Below are positions 29,024 to 38,034 of a stretch of DNA of 40,490 nt, piece by piece (position 1 is the stretch's first letter; every line of letters begins with the position of its first letter). The translations under genes and the position numbers were made by a program. Source of the DNA: Pseudobdellovibrionaceae bacterium (GTDB lineage Bacteria > Bdellovibrionota > Bdellovibrionia > Bdellovibrionales > UBA1609); NCBI GenBank assembly GCA_030591685.1, contig JAUVAX010000020.1:1-40490 (forward strand). The letters are read 5' to 3'. The notes under the pieces are model-generated. The model saw nothing but the letters and a program-made list of their open reading frames with translations, searched no databases and had not been told where the DNA came from.

Positions 29024-30663
29024 AAAATATACACGCCCCTACGGGCACAGAACTCAGTTGCAAAGGCTGGCTCCAAGAGGCCGCTTACAGGATGATTCAA
29101 AACAACTTAGACCCTAACGTAGCTGAGGACCCGGATAATTTAATCGTATACGGGGGGCGCGGTAAGGCGGCCCGTAACTGGGAGTGTTATGCTAAAATTT
29201 TAGAGTCTTTAAAGTCTTTAGAAAACGACGAAACCTTACTTGTGCAATCAGGTAAACCAGTTGGCATTATTAAAACCCATAAAGATGCCCCCAGAGTTTT
29301 AATTGCCAACTCAAACCTTGTACCTAACTGGGCAAATTGGGAGCATTTTGATGAACTCGATAAAAAGGGCCTAATGATGTACGGCCAAATGACCGCTGGG
29401 TCATGGATTTATATTGGCACTCAGGGCATTATACAAGGCACCTATGAAACCTTTGTCGAATGTGGCCGAAAGTATTTTAATAATAGTTTAAAGGGCAGGA
29501 TTATACTCACAGCTGGGCTTGGTGGCATGGGCGGGGCTCAACCTTTAGCGGGCGTGTTTGCCGGCGCTACAGTGTTGGCCGTTGAAGTGGACCCTCACCG
29601 CATTCAACGTCGCCTTGAGACTAAATATATCGATGAGGTTTCAACAGATATTACTCAAGCCCTGAGTAAAGTAAAAAATTGGGCTAAAAACGGCGAAGCT
29701 AAATCTATGGCCTTGCAGGGTAACATGGCCACTGTAATACACCAGCTGATTGATTTAGGATTTACGCCGGATATATTAACCGATCAAACATCAGCCCATG
29801 ACCCACTGACGGGTTATATACCAGAGGGCTACGATGTTAATAAAGCTAAAGTGTTAAGGGACAAAGACCCTAAAGATTACGTAGACCTCTCTATGAAAAG
29901 CATGGCTAAACATGTTGAAGGCATGCTTTTGATGCAAAAAAAAGGGGCCATAACTTTTGATTACGGTAATAACATTAGGGCACAAGCTAAAATACAAGGT
30001 GTTAAAAACGCTTTTGACTTTCCGGGGTTTGTGCCCGAGTACATAAGGCCTTTGTTTTGTAAGGGTTCGGGCCCCTTTAGGTGGGTGGCCCTGTCTGGGG
30101 ACGCCAATGACATTAAGGTCACCGATGATTGTTTGCGCCAGTTGTTCCCTGAAAATAAATCATTACTACATTGGCTTGATATGGCCAGTGAGCGCATTGC
30201 CTTTCAGGGTTTGCCTGCGAGGATTTGTTGGCTTGAGTATGGTGAAAGGGCCAAAGCGGGCTTAGCCATAAATAAGTTAGTTCGTGAAGGCCGGGTGAAG
30301 GCCCCTATTGTTATTGGTCGTGATCATTTAGATTGTGGTTCGGTGGCCTCGCCTAACCGTGAAACTGAGGCCATGAAAGATGGCTCTGATGCCGTCGCCG
30401 ATTGGCCGTTATTAAATGCTTTAGTGAACACAGCTTGCGGTGCCACATGGGTCAGTTTTCACCATGGTGGGGGTGTGGGTATGGGTTATAGTATGCACGC
30501 CGGGCAGGTGATTGTTGCTGATGGTACAAAAGAAGCTGATGAAAGGCTTCAACGGGTACTCACCGCTGACCCCGCTATGGGTATATTTAGGCACGTAGAT
30601 GCTGGGTATAATGAGGCCAAAGATGTAGCCCGAGAACGCGGTGTGAACTCGATGTGGTTATAG
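29017..30663 (+). CDS. hutU: Urocanate hydratase
   Basis: [56 protein letters not shown]. Confidence 0.98.
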   Translation: MVKNIHAPTGTELSCKGWLQEAAYRMIQNNLDPNVAEDPDNLIVYGGRGKAARNWECYAKILESLKSLENDETLLVQSGKPVGIIKTHKDAPRVLIANSNLVPNWANWEHFDELDKKGLMMYGQMTAGSWIYIGTQGIIQGTYETFVECGRKYFNNSLKGRIILTAGLGGMGGAQPLAGVFAGATVLAVEVDPHRIQRRLETKYIDEVSTDITQALSKVKNWAKNGEAKSMALQGNMATVIHQLIDLGFTPDILTDQTSAHDPLTGYIPEGYDVNKAKVLRDKDPKDYVDLSMKSMAKHVEGMLLMQKKGAITFDYGNNIRAQAKIQGVKNAFDFPGFVPEYIRPLFCKGSGPFRWVALSGDANDIKVTDDCLRQLFPENKSLLHWLDMASERIAFQGLPARICWLEYGERAKAGLAINKLVREGRVKAPIVIGRDHLDCGSVASPNRETEAMKDGSDAVADWPLLNALVNTACGATWVSFHHGGGVGMGYSMHAGQVIVADGTKEADERLQRVLTADPAMGIFRHVDAGYNEAKDVARERGVNSMWL

Positions 30664-30724
30664 TGGGCTTCAGTCATAAATATAAACTTTTATTATTAAT
30701 TTTTAAACGTGGGTAAAAGGTAAA

Positions 30725-31462
30725 ATGGATTTTAAAGATAAAATTTTAATTTTTACAGACGGAGCCTGTTCTGGTAACCCTGGCCCGGGAGGGTTTGGGA
30801 CTGTTGTTGTGTACCCGGAAGGACAAGTTGAAGAGCTTGGCTCGCGCCGTTCAGAGACCACGAACAACCGCATGGAGATGCAAGCGGTCATCGATGGCCT
30901 TAAGTTAATAGCCAGTACTCAGGGGGACGTTTGGGTACTCACTGACTCAACTTATGTTATTCGTGGGATCACTCAATGGATCTGGGGTTGGAAAAAAAGA
31001 AACTGGCACAACGCCGAGGGCAAGCCCACCTCTAACAAAGACCTATGGTTAATTTTAGAGAGCGAAGTACAGTTGAGGGCTAAAAAAGGCTCTATCGAAT
31101 GGAAATATTTAAGGGGGCATGTGGGAACCCCTGGTAACGAGCGCTGTGATGAAATCGCTGTAGGGTTTACACATAAAAAATATGTAGAACTTTATAAGGG
31201 GTCACTTTTAAAATACCATGTGCCTATTTACGACTTACCAGATGACATGTCTTTACCGACTCAAAAGCCAAAGGCCGAAAAAAAGGCCGCTCACTCTTAT
31301 TTAAGCTATGTTAATGGTCAATTAAAGCGTCACTTAACCTGGAAAGAGTGCGAGGCTGAGGTTAAGGGCCGCTCTGGTGCTAAGTTTAAAAAATCAACCT
31401 CTGAATCAGACGAAGCTTCAATTGCTAAAGCTTGGGGCTTAGACCCGAGTAAACTTAAGTAG
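30725..31462 (+). CDS. rnhA: Ribonuclease HI with a C-terminal hybrid-binding (viroplasmin-like) domain
   Basis: FTDGACSGNPGPGG, TTNNRME, TDSTYV, N.DLW, GH.G..GNERCD; C-terminal TWKECEAEVKG.SGAKFKK. Confidence 0.93.
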   Translation: MDFKDKILIFTDGACSGNPGPGGFGTVVVYPEGQVEELGSRRSETTNNRMEMQAVIDGLKLIASTQGDVWVLTDSTYVIRGITQWIWGWKKRNWHNAEGKPTSNKDLWLILESEVQLRAKKGSIEWKYLRGHVGTPGNERCDEIAVGFTHKKYVELYKGSLLKYHVPIYDLPDDMSLPTQKPKAEKKAAHSYLSYVNGQLKRHLTWKECEAEVKGRSGAKFKKSTSESDEASIAKAWGLDPSKLK

Positions 31463-31506
31463 CAAAACCTTTTAACAAATAGGCTTTAAAAAACTGAGTG
31501 TGGCTT

Positions 31507-31527
31507 AGGCTTTTAAAAAAGAGGCCT
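31507..31527. terminator. Possible terminator hairpin between convergent genes
   Basis: AGGCTTTT-AAAAA-AGAGGCCT imperfect hairpin. Confidence 0.3.
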
Positions 31528-31542
31528 TTGTCGATTTTGTTA

Positions 31543-31932
31543 TTAAGGCGTTTTTAGGGCCTGTTCAAAAAAGTATTTTTGGGCGACGTACTGGCAGGCA
31601 TAAAGTATTGTAAAAGCGCACCCTAATTTTTGCTTAAAATTAAAGTTAGAGTTGTTGCAACGAAGCCCTGAAATTTGAAAATGCCAATTGGTGCATAAAC
31701 TTTCGGCGGTGACGTAGGTGTCAGGGTCATTTGTTAAGTCGCTGTACTCAGTGGTACATTGATTTTTATAAAATAAAGCCGGTACTTTTTGACCCTGATG
31801 ATTTGTGCCCAGGTAGGGTTTGATGTCTTTAAAATTAACAATTCGTGAGCAAAGGTCGTCACCCTCTGAAGCCATTAAGGGGCTCGAGATAAATACAGTC
31901 GTGGCCAATAAAATGAATGTGAATAACTTCAT
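31543..31932 (-). CDS. Hypothetical secreted Cys-rich protein
   Basis: Signal peptide, 6 Cys in the mature part, AAGAGGGGG ribosome-binding site. Confidence 0.75.
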   Translation of the reverse strand: MKLFTFILLATTVFISSPLMASEGDDLCSRIVNFKDIKPYLGTNHQGQKVPALFYKNQCTTEYSDLTNDPDTYVTAESLCTNWHFQISGLRCNNSNFNFKQKLGCAFTILYACQYVAQKYFFEQALKTP

Positions 31933-32101
31933 AAAAACCCCCTCTTAAGTGGACCCTCTTTTAACCTCAGTTTTACTTATAAAACCTTATCGCTGAAGAA
32001 GGCATAAGTTAGGTTTAAATGTGTACTTAATAGTAGATTGGTCGTCATGATAAATACTAAAAACCCTCTGTTTTACAACAGTGCGTAAAGCTAAAAGCAA
32101 A

Positions 32102-33367
32102 CTAAGTGACGTTTAAAAGCTCATGCCACTTGGTTGTAAAGGCCGGCGAGCGCATGGTAGATCGCATGCCCCACTTTTGCTCTAAGCCACAAGAGGCCAG
32201 CTTAATAGTATCTCTCCCATTTTGGGCATTGATTTTATCTACAGCCAGCATAAGGTTTTTTTGCTTCTCATTTTGCTTAGGGCTATCAAATAAACTGAGT
32301 TGCTGTTGTTTTAAAGGGCTCAGGTCTGAAACATACACCCCACACTTTTTAAACAAATACCCCTTTTTATAAATAGACCTTAAGGCTTGGCTGGCATTTT
32401 TTAACAAAATATTTGTAGAGTTCGCCGAAGAGGTTAAGTGCACCGTTTTTGAGTTGTAATATTGAGGCTCATTTTTATGAGGGTTTGTTTGTAAAAACAC
32501 GGTGAGCTTTTGCGCCACTGAGTTTTGGCGGCGTAACTTTTCGCACACTCTTGTGGTGTGCATGCTGACCGCTTGAGTGAGCTCATCAAGAGCATTGACG
32601 GGGCGACCAAAAGACCGAGATGAGAGTATTTGTTTACGCCCAACCTCATCGCAGTCTAGGTGTATGCAGGACTCTTCGTTGAGCTCTCTCAGGACTCTCT
32701 CTCCTGGTAAGTGGAGGTGCTTTTTAATAACCTTAGGGTTTGAGTTTTTTAACTCCCAAGCGGTATTAATATTAAGTGAGTTTAACTTTGAGGCCGATTT
32801 TTGCCCTACCCCCCAAATTTCACTAACAGGGGTGGCCTTAAGGGCGCGCTCTAATAGGGTGGGGTTTGTGAGGTCTAAAACATTATTTAAATTATTATGT
32901 TTTTTAGCCAAATAATTAGCCATTTTAGCAAGTACCTTTGTGCGAGCAATGCCTATAGACACAGGTATGCCCGTGTACCGGTAAACGGTGTTTTTAATCT
33001 CGTGACTATACTTGGTGAGGTCCATGCGCTCCATGCCGTTAAAAGATAAAAAAGCTTCGTCAATAGAGTACACCTCCATTTGAGGGGAGAACTCTCTAAG
33101 GGTCTGCATCACCCGCTGGCTCATGTCGGCGTACAAAGCAAAGTTTGATGAAAACGTGGTGACCTTATGGGCTTTTACAATGTGCTTTATTTTAAAGTAA
33201 GGGACCCCCATTTTTATGCCTAGGGCTTTGGCCTCATTGGTTCGAGCCACAGCACAGCCGTCATTGTTTGAAAGCACGATGACGGGTTTGTTTTTTAAAT
33301 CTGGCCGAAACACCTTTTCGCAAGAGCAAAAAAAACTATTACAATCAACAAGGGCAAACACGCTCAT
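32102..33367 (-). CDS. umuC: Y-family DNA polymerase V catalytic subunit
   Basis: ALVDCNSFFCSCE, VLSNNDGC, FSSNFALYADMS, YSIDEAF, SRSFG, C-terminal W.MR....SP.FTT.W. Confidence 0.95.
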   Translation of the reverse strand: MSVFALVDCNSFFCSCEKVFRPDLKNKPVIVLSNNDGCAVARTNEAKALGIKMGVPYFKIKHIVKAHKVTTFSSNFALYADMSQRVMQTLREFSPQMEVYSIDEAFLSFNGMERMDLTKYSHEIKNTVYRYTGIPVSIGIARTKVLAKMANYLAKKHNNLNNVLDLTNPTLLERALKATPVSEIWGVGQKSASKLNSLNINTAWELKNSNPKVIKKHLHLPGERVLRELNEESCIHLDCDEVGRKQILSSRSFGRPVNALDELTQAVSMHTTRVCEKLRRQNSVAQKLTVFLQTNPHKNEPQYYNSKTVHLTSSANSTNILLKNASQALRSIYKKGYLFKKCGVYVSDLSPLKQQQLSLFDSPKQNEKQKNLMLAVDKINAQNGRDTIKLASCGLEQKWGMRSTMRSPAFTTKWHELLNVT

Positions 33368-33374
33368 AAAGGGC

Positions 33375-33503
33375 TCACCGCATTGAAGGAGTTTTTAGTT
33401 TAGACCCCGTCAGTGAAATTATTTTGGGGCTTTTTGAAAGAGTGGGCTCATTTTTTTGCAGTACAAAAAAAGCGTAGGTTATAAATAAAAGCAAAAAGCT
33501 CAT
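33375..33503 (-). CDS. Putative 42-aa small protein between umuD and umuC
   Basis: ATGA overlap with the umuD stop; MSFLLLFITYAFFVLQKNEPTLSKSPKIISLTGSKLKTPSMR; stop 7 nt before the umuC ATG. Confidence 0.35.
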   Translation of the reverse strand: MSFLLLFITYAFFVLQKNEPTLSKSPKIISLTGSKLKTPSMR

Positions 33504-33913
33504 GGCTCCCCCTTTAAGGTATGTATGGTGTAAGTGGCTATGCCCCAAACTTGAAAGTCTACAGAATCATCTATATATATTGGCGGGTACTTAGGGTTTT
33601 CAGCCTTTAAGTAAACGCCGTCAGTAGTTTTAATAAATCGTTTTAAAGTAAATTCACCATTTACAGAGGCGACGATGATTTGCCCATTTTTTGGCTCTAA
33701 TGTAGAGCGATCAACAATAAGTAGGTCGTTGTTATATATACCTACATCAACCATGGAGTCTCCGCGGACGCGGACATAAAAAGTAGCATGGGGTTTTGAT
33801 ATGAGTAGCCTGTTTAAATCAAGCGGGGTCTCCGAGTAGGTCTCTGCTGGTGATGGAAAGCCAGCAGCTACTGAGGTGTTTTCAATAAGTGGGGGGGGGC
33901 TCGTGTTCGACAT
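33500..33913 (-). CDS. umuD: UmuD (S24 autopeptidase, DNA polymerase V accessory subunit)
   Basis: VAAGFPSPA cleavage site, GDSM, NGEFTLKR; no LexA HTH; GGAGA before ATG 33913 (track start GTG 33934). Confidence 0.93.
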   Translation of the reverse strand: MSNTSPPPLIENTSVAAGFPSPAETYSETPLDLNRLLISKPHATFYVRVRGDSMVDVGIYNNDLLIVDRSTLEPKNGQIIVASVNGEFTLKRFIKTTDGVYLKAENPKYPPIYIDDSVDFQVWGIATYTIHTLKGEP

Positions 33914-33936
33914 GTGTCTTCTCCGTTCATGCACTC

Positions 33937-33965
33937 AATATATGTGTAAGTTATGTGTAAGTCAA
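33937..33965 (-). promoter_or_regulatory. umuDC promoter with a direct-repeat operator in the spacer
   Basis: TTGACT-N17-TATATT; ACTTACACATA repeated twice with an 11-nt period across the -35, spacer and -10. Confidence 0.65.
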
Positions 33966-34329
33966 TAGGGTTTTAAAACCTCGCCATTAGTCACAGTGGT
34001 TTAAATAAATGCTGTATTATTATGTGGTTAGTTGGTTTTTGAACGCTACTTTATGGGGTGCAGGGTAAATATAAGCACACATTTATTTTTTTGTTGTCCG
34101 ATTTAAGCAATCTAAAAAAGCTTAATCGCCCTTAAACAATAAAAAGGGGGGGGGGGAAGCATCGCACGACAACGTACCTTTATATACACTTGTAATCATG
34201 ACAGGGCTTTATGAACAATGCTTGAGAAAATTTTTTAATATATTGAATTGTAATATCTTTTCGCCAGAGCTGAGTGGTAAACCAAAAGTAGGAGTTTATT
34301 TTAATCACCACTAAAATAAAGGGGTCGTA

Positions 34330-34764
34330 ATGAAAAGGCTAATAATATTGTGCGCCACTGTACTGTTTTCTTTAAACGTATTTTCGGCGGTAAGACATTG
34401 TGTAATAGATTCGGTGAGCTACTCAAAGTATCCTGCTGAGGGTTATCAGGTACCTTTAGTCGACGGTGCCGTTGTGACTATCGATATGACTGATTCACAA
34501 TTAAATTCAGTATATGTTAATAACACTCAATTTTTTAAAAGTTGCGAAAAAGAGCTCATCACTTTTGAAAATAGTGAGATGGCAAAAAATGCCTTTCAAT
34601 ACACTGGAGAGACAACTTTTGATCACTTCGTCGGGAGCAAAATGGGTTTGTGCAAGACTGTGGACGAAGGGTGGCTTGTTGTAATAGGGGATAGAGGCAG
34701 CTATATGGCCTATATGGGCCCATATGAGGTGCCAATATCTTTAGTTCAAATGAACTGCAATTAA
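34330..34764 (+). CDS. Hypothetical secreted protein
   Basis: Signal peptide ending VFS|A; four Cys in the mature part; AAGGGG ribosome-binding site. Confidence 0.75.
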   Translation: MKRLIILCATVLFSLNVFSAVRHCVIDSVSYSKYPAEGYQVPLVDGAVVTIDMTDSQLNSVYVNNTQFFKSCEKELITFENSEMAKNAFQYTGETTFDHFVGSKMGLCKTVDEGWLVVIGDRGSYMAYMGPYEVPISLVQMNCN

Positions 34765-34780
34765 AACTATTGCTTTCTGT

Positions 34781-34842
34781 TAAGGTGCCTGGCACCTTAG
34801 TCTCCTACACGTTAGTGAAGAGCCAGGCACTTCACTTTTTTT
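34781..34842. repeat. REP-like palindrome doublet; the second copy doubles as a terminator
   Basis: TAAGGTGCC-T-GGCACCTTA (34781-34799) and inverted variant GTGAAGAGCC-A-GGCACTTCAC (34815-34835) followed by a T run. Confidence 0.6.
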
Positions 34843-34858
34843 AGGGAGATTTAGTAAT

Positions 34859-35425
34859 ATGAAATTAAGTAAAATAATTATAAGTTGTCTATTGGCCTTT
34901 CAGGTTCAAGCGTTTGCTAAAAAAAATGTAACAGTAGAGATTAAAACTACAGAGGGCACCATGGTGCTCGAGTTAGACGCTCAAAAAGCGCCAAAGACGG
35001 TTAAAAACTTTGTCTCTTATGCAAAATCAAAATTTTATGATGGCACCGTGTTTCATCGAGTTATTAAGGGCTTTATGGTCCAAGGCGGTGGTTTTACTTT
35101 TAAAAATGGGGCGTTAGATCAAAAAACCACTAAAAAGTCTGTAAAAAATGAAGCCAAAAATGGTTTAAAAAACAAACGCGGCACTATAGCTATGGCCCGA
35201 ACCTCAGACCCTCACAGTGCAACGGCACAGTTTTTTATCAACCATAACGATAATACTAATTTAGACTACCCAAGCTTTGATGGCTGGGGGTATGCCGTTT
35301 TTGGCAAACTCACTAAGGGCGCAGATGTTTTAGACAAAATAGCCGCCGTTAAAACAGGCATGAACAGTGGCATGAAGGATGTACCGGTAAAAGAGGTCAA
35401 AATAATCTCGATAAAGGTTAAGTGA
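34859..35425 (+). CDS. Periplasmic cyclophilin-type peptidyl-prolyl isomerase
   Basis: Signal peptide; APKTVKNF, FYDGTVFHRVI.GFMVQGGG, GTIAMART, SATAQFFIN, GYAVFG. Confidence 0.95.
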   Translation: MKLSKIIISCLLAFQVQAFAKKNVTVEIKTTEGTMVLELDAQKAPKTVKNFVSYAKSKFYDGTVFHRVIKGFMVQGGGFTFKNGALDQKTTKKSVKNEAKNGLKNKRGTIAMARTSDPHSATAQFFINHNDNTNLDYPSFDGWGYAVFGKLTKGADVLDKIAAVKTGMNSGMKDVPVKEVKIISIKVK

Positions 35426-35485
35426 TTTTTTACGTACTGTTTAGGTTTTAAAGAGTAACAGAAACTTTAAAAGGGCAGTTAATTT

Positions 35486-36733
35486 TTGAGTTTAAAGGTT
35501 TTTCATAACATTAAAAAGTTAGCCACCTTAAAAGGCGCTGCTAAAAAAAATGGTCGTCATATAATAGAGGCTGACTTAAGCCCCATTTTAAACGCCGTGA
35601 TGGTTTCTTTTAAAGGCAAAATTGTTTGGGTGGGGCCAAAGGGTCAATTTAAAAAAGCAAATTTAAAAAAATGGGATCACCCAAATAAGGCTAAGTATGT
35701 AGATCTTAAAGGGGCCTACGTAATGCCGGGCTTTGTAGAGTGCCATACGCATAGCGTGTTTTCAGGGGATCGTAGCCGAGAGCTTGAGCTTAGAAATAAA
35801 GGGGTCAGTTATCAGCAAATAGCCACCCAAGGGGGCGGTATTTTAAATACCGTAAAGGCAACTCGTAAGGCCTCAGGGGCAGAGTTAGCGAGCTTGCTTA
35901 AAAGCAGAGTGCAAAACTTTATCCAGCAAGGTGTTACAACTTTAGAGGTTAAAAGTGGTTATGGCTTAAACGCTGTGACTGAACTTAAAATGTTAAAGGC
36001 CATCAAAGAGCAAAAAAAACCAAGGCTAGTGAGTACTTTTTTAGGGGCCCATGCCCGGCCTAAAGAGTTTTCAACTTCAAGTCAGTACATAAATGAGCTT
36101 ATTAACAAGCAGTTACCAACGGTTAAAAAGCAGGGCCTCGCTCATCGAGTCGATATATTTATAGAAAAAGGCTATTTTACGTTAAACGACGCTAAAAAAT
36201 ACATAAATAAAGCTCAAAGTTTAGGCTTTCCAGTGTGCATGCATACTGAGCAGTTAACCCGCACTGGGGGTGCATTGCTGGGTATTAAATCTGGAGTGCA
36301 GAGTGTGGACCACCTGGTGCAAGTCTCTCAATCAGATATAAAAGCACTCTCAAAGGCCGAGACCACTTGTGTGCTTTTACCAGGGGCCGATTTTTATTTA
36401 AAAATGGCTTACCCACCAGCCCGAAAACTGATCGATGCTGGCGCTCGCGTGGCCCTGGCCACTGATTACAACCCGGGCTCTTGCCCCACGCAGAGCCTTT
36501 CACTGATTGGGCTCTTGTCTCGCCTTGAAATGAAAATGACCCTGCCGGAGGTTTTAGTGGCCTACACACTAGGCGCAGCCTACTCGCTGGGGCTTGAAAA
36601 AGAGGTCGGCAGCTTGGAGACAGGTAAGTCTTGTGACTTTGTGTGCTTAGACCAAAGTTGGGCTTCTTTGTTCTACGAAGCCGGTCACCACCCCGTACAA
36701 CAAACCTGGTGGAAAAGTCGCAAAATTTATTAA
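35486..36733 (+). CDS. hutI: Imidazolonepropionase
   Basis: PGFVECHTH, GGGI..TV.ATR, EVKSGYGL, FLGAH, HTEQL, DHL, ATDYNPG. Confidence 0.96.
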   Translation: MSLKVFHNIKKLATLKGAAKKNGRHIIEADLSPILNAVMVSFKGKIVWVGPKGQFKKANLKKWDHPNKAKYVDLKGAYVMPGFVECHTHSVFSGDRSRELELRNKGVSYQQIATQGGGILNTVKATRKASGAELASLLKSRVQNFIQQGVTTLEVKSGYGLNAVTELKMLKAIKEQKKPRLVSTFLGAHARPKEFSTSSQYINELINKQLPTVKKQGLAHRVDIFIEKGYFTLNDAKKYINKAQSLGFPVCMHTEQLTRTGGALLGIKSGVQSVDHLVQVSQSDIKALSKAETTCVLLPGADFYLKMAYPPARKLIDAGARVALATDYNPGSCPTQSLSLIGLLSRLEMKMTLPEVLVAYTLGAAYSLGLEKEVGSLETGKSCDFVCLDQSWASLFYEAGHHPVQQTWWKSRKIY

Positions 36734-36813
36734 AAAAGTTTTGCCATGTGAATAAAAAATTATCTATCGTGTCATTAAGTTTTAAATAATAGTTTAAAAA
36801 CTAAGGAGACAGG

Positions 36814-37251
36814 ATGGCTCACTCAATGGCAACACTTACCAACTCTCAATTTTACACCTCAAGCCTCAATGCAGCCATTTTTGATGGACCATTTAAAATT
36901 TACTTCACTCAGGACTCAGAGCCACTGGGTTTAAATGTTTACTTTCAAATTCAAAACAAACTAGGTGATTTATATAAAAGGCTAAAAAGCAGCTTTAAGT
37001 CTTCGGGGTTTAATGTGTTTATAATGATTTACCCCGATGGTGAAACATATAAGTCTTTTTTTGAAAACAACGAAGTGGCCCCAGGGCTGTTTGAGGCTAA
37101 TATTAAAGAACATCTTTTATTAGGCGTTAATAAAGAAATCACGGGCGACCAGATGGAGTATTTGTTTGTTTATTTAAAAGAAAAGCTCGCCTCAGTTGAG
37201 GCTGAAGTTAGTGCTTCTCTGCCTTTGTCAGGAGCCCCTTTAACTTATTGA
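36814..37251 (+). CDS. Conserved-looking hypothetical protein
   Basis: AAGGAG ribosome-binding site; TTGCCA-N18-TATCGT upstream; motif NAAIFDGPFKIYF. Confidence 0.75.
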   Translation: MAHSMATLTNSQFYTSSLNAAIFDGPFKIYFTQDSEPLGLNVYFQIQNKLGDLYKRLKSSFKSSGFNVFIMIYPDGETYKSFFENNEVAPGLFEANIKEHLLLGVNKEITGDQMEYLFVYLKEKLASVEAEVSASLPLSGAPLTY

Positions 37252-37813
37252 CCATTTTAGGTTGAGACCACCTATAAGAGCCCCTGAAAGCCAAAATCAG
37301 TTTGTTGTTTTTAAATATAAAATGATAGGGCAGGGCATCGATGTTAAATATTTTTTTATAATTAGTCTCTAAGTGTTTTTTGTCATAAATGTGATCTAAC
37401 GAGTTTAGGCTTAATTGGTTTGAAAACAGCTGGGTGTTTTCAAGGTCTTTATCCGTATTAATTAAAATAATTTGCAGTTCATGGCTCATGAGCTTTGAGA
37501 GGGCAACAAACTCCGGTAGCTCTACTACACACGGGGCACACCATTTTGCCCAAAAACTAACAATCATGAGTGGGCGCGGGCTTAGGGTGACGTGTTTTTT
37601 TAAGGATTCAATGAGTGAGCCGTTAACTTCAGAGGGTATATAAACCCGAGAGGCTTTAAAATTTAAATCTGCGTTAAAGAAACTGCTTTCTTGGGTTGAA
37701 AAATCACCTCGATTGATAAACCATATAAAGATGATCATTAGCCCAAGGCCAATAACCCCCATAAGCCGGGTGTAATAAGAGTTCGGTGAGTTTTTAGGAG
37801 ATAAAGTTGTCAC
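37208..37813 (-). CDS. TlpA/ResA-like thiol-disulfide oxidoreductase, membrane-anchored (start uncertain)
   Basis: SFWAKWCAPCVVELP, cis-Pro ALP, N-terminal TM segment. Confidence 0.85.
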   Translation of the reverse strand: MTTLSPKNSPNSYYTRLMGVIGLGLMIIFIWFINRGDFSTQESSFFNADLNFKASRVYIPSEVNGSLIESLKKHVTLSPRPLMIVSFWAKWCAPCVVELPEFVALSKLMSHELQIILINTDKDLENTQLFSNQLSLNSLDHIYDKKHLETNYKKIFNIDALPYHFIFKNNKLILAFRGSYRWSQPKMVNKLKGLLTKAEKH

Positions 37814-38028
37814 AAAAACAAACTAAAGGGTTTTTTAAAAAAAGTCAAAATAGCAGAGGCCAAATGGTTGTGGAGTACGTATTGTTACTGGTTGTAGTTG
37901 TAGGCCTGGCTTCGTTTATAGTCTCTAGGGTTGTTAGTCGTAGCTCCGATAGCCCAGGGTTTTTGATGGTCAAGTGGAATCAAATATTAAAAACTATAGG
38001 TGAAGATAAGCCAGATAGCGTGGAGTGA
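37807..38028 (+). CDS. Flp/Tad-type prepilin-like protein (class III signal peptide)
   Basis: Basic leader, RG|QMVVEY followed by a hydrophobic helix; AGGAG 6 nt before the TTG start. Confidence 0.75.
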   Translation: MSQKQTKGFFKKSQNSRGQMVVEYVLLLVVVVGLASFIVSRVVSRSSDSPGFLMVKWNQILKTIGEDKPDSVE

Positions 38029-38034
38029 AATTAA

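Noticed and set aside
33421..33460. GAAAGAGTGGG resembling part of a c-di-GMP-I riboswitch
   Set aside because: Antisense to umuDC and lacking the flanking GCAAA elements and the second stem
33500..33934. Calling this gene lexA
   Set aside because: No N-terminal DNA-binding domain; size, cleavage motif and adjacency to umuC indicate UmuD
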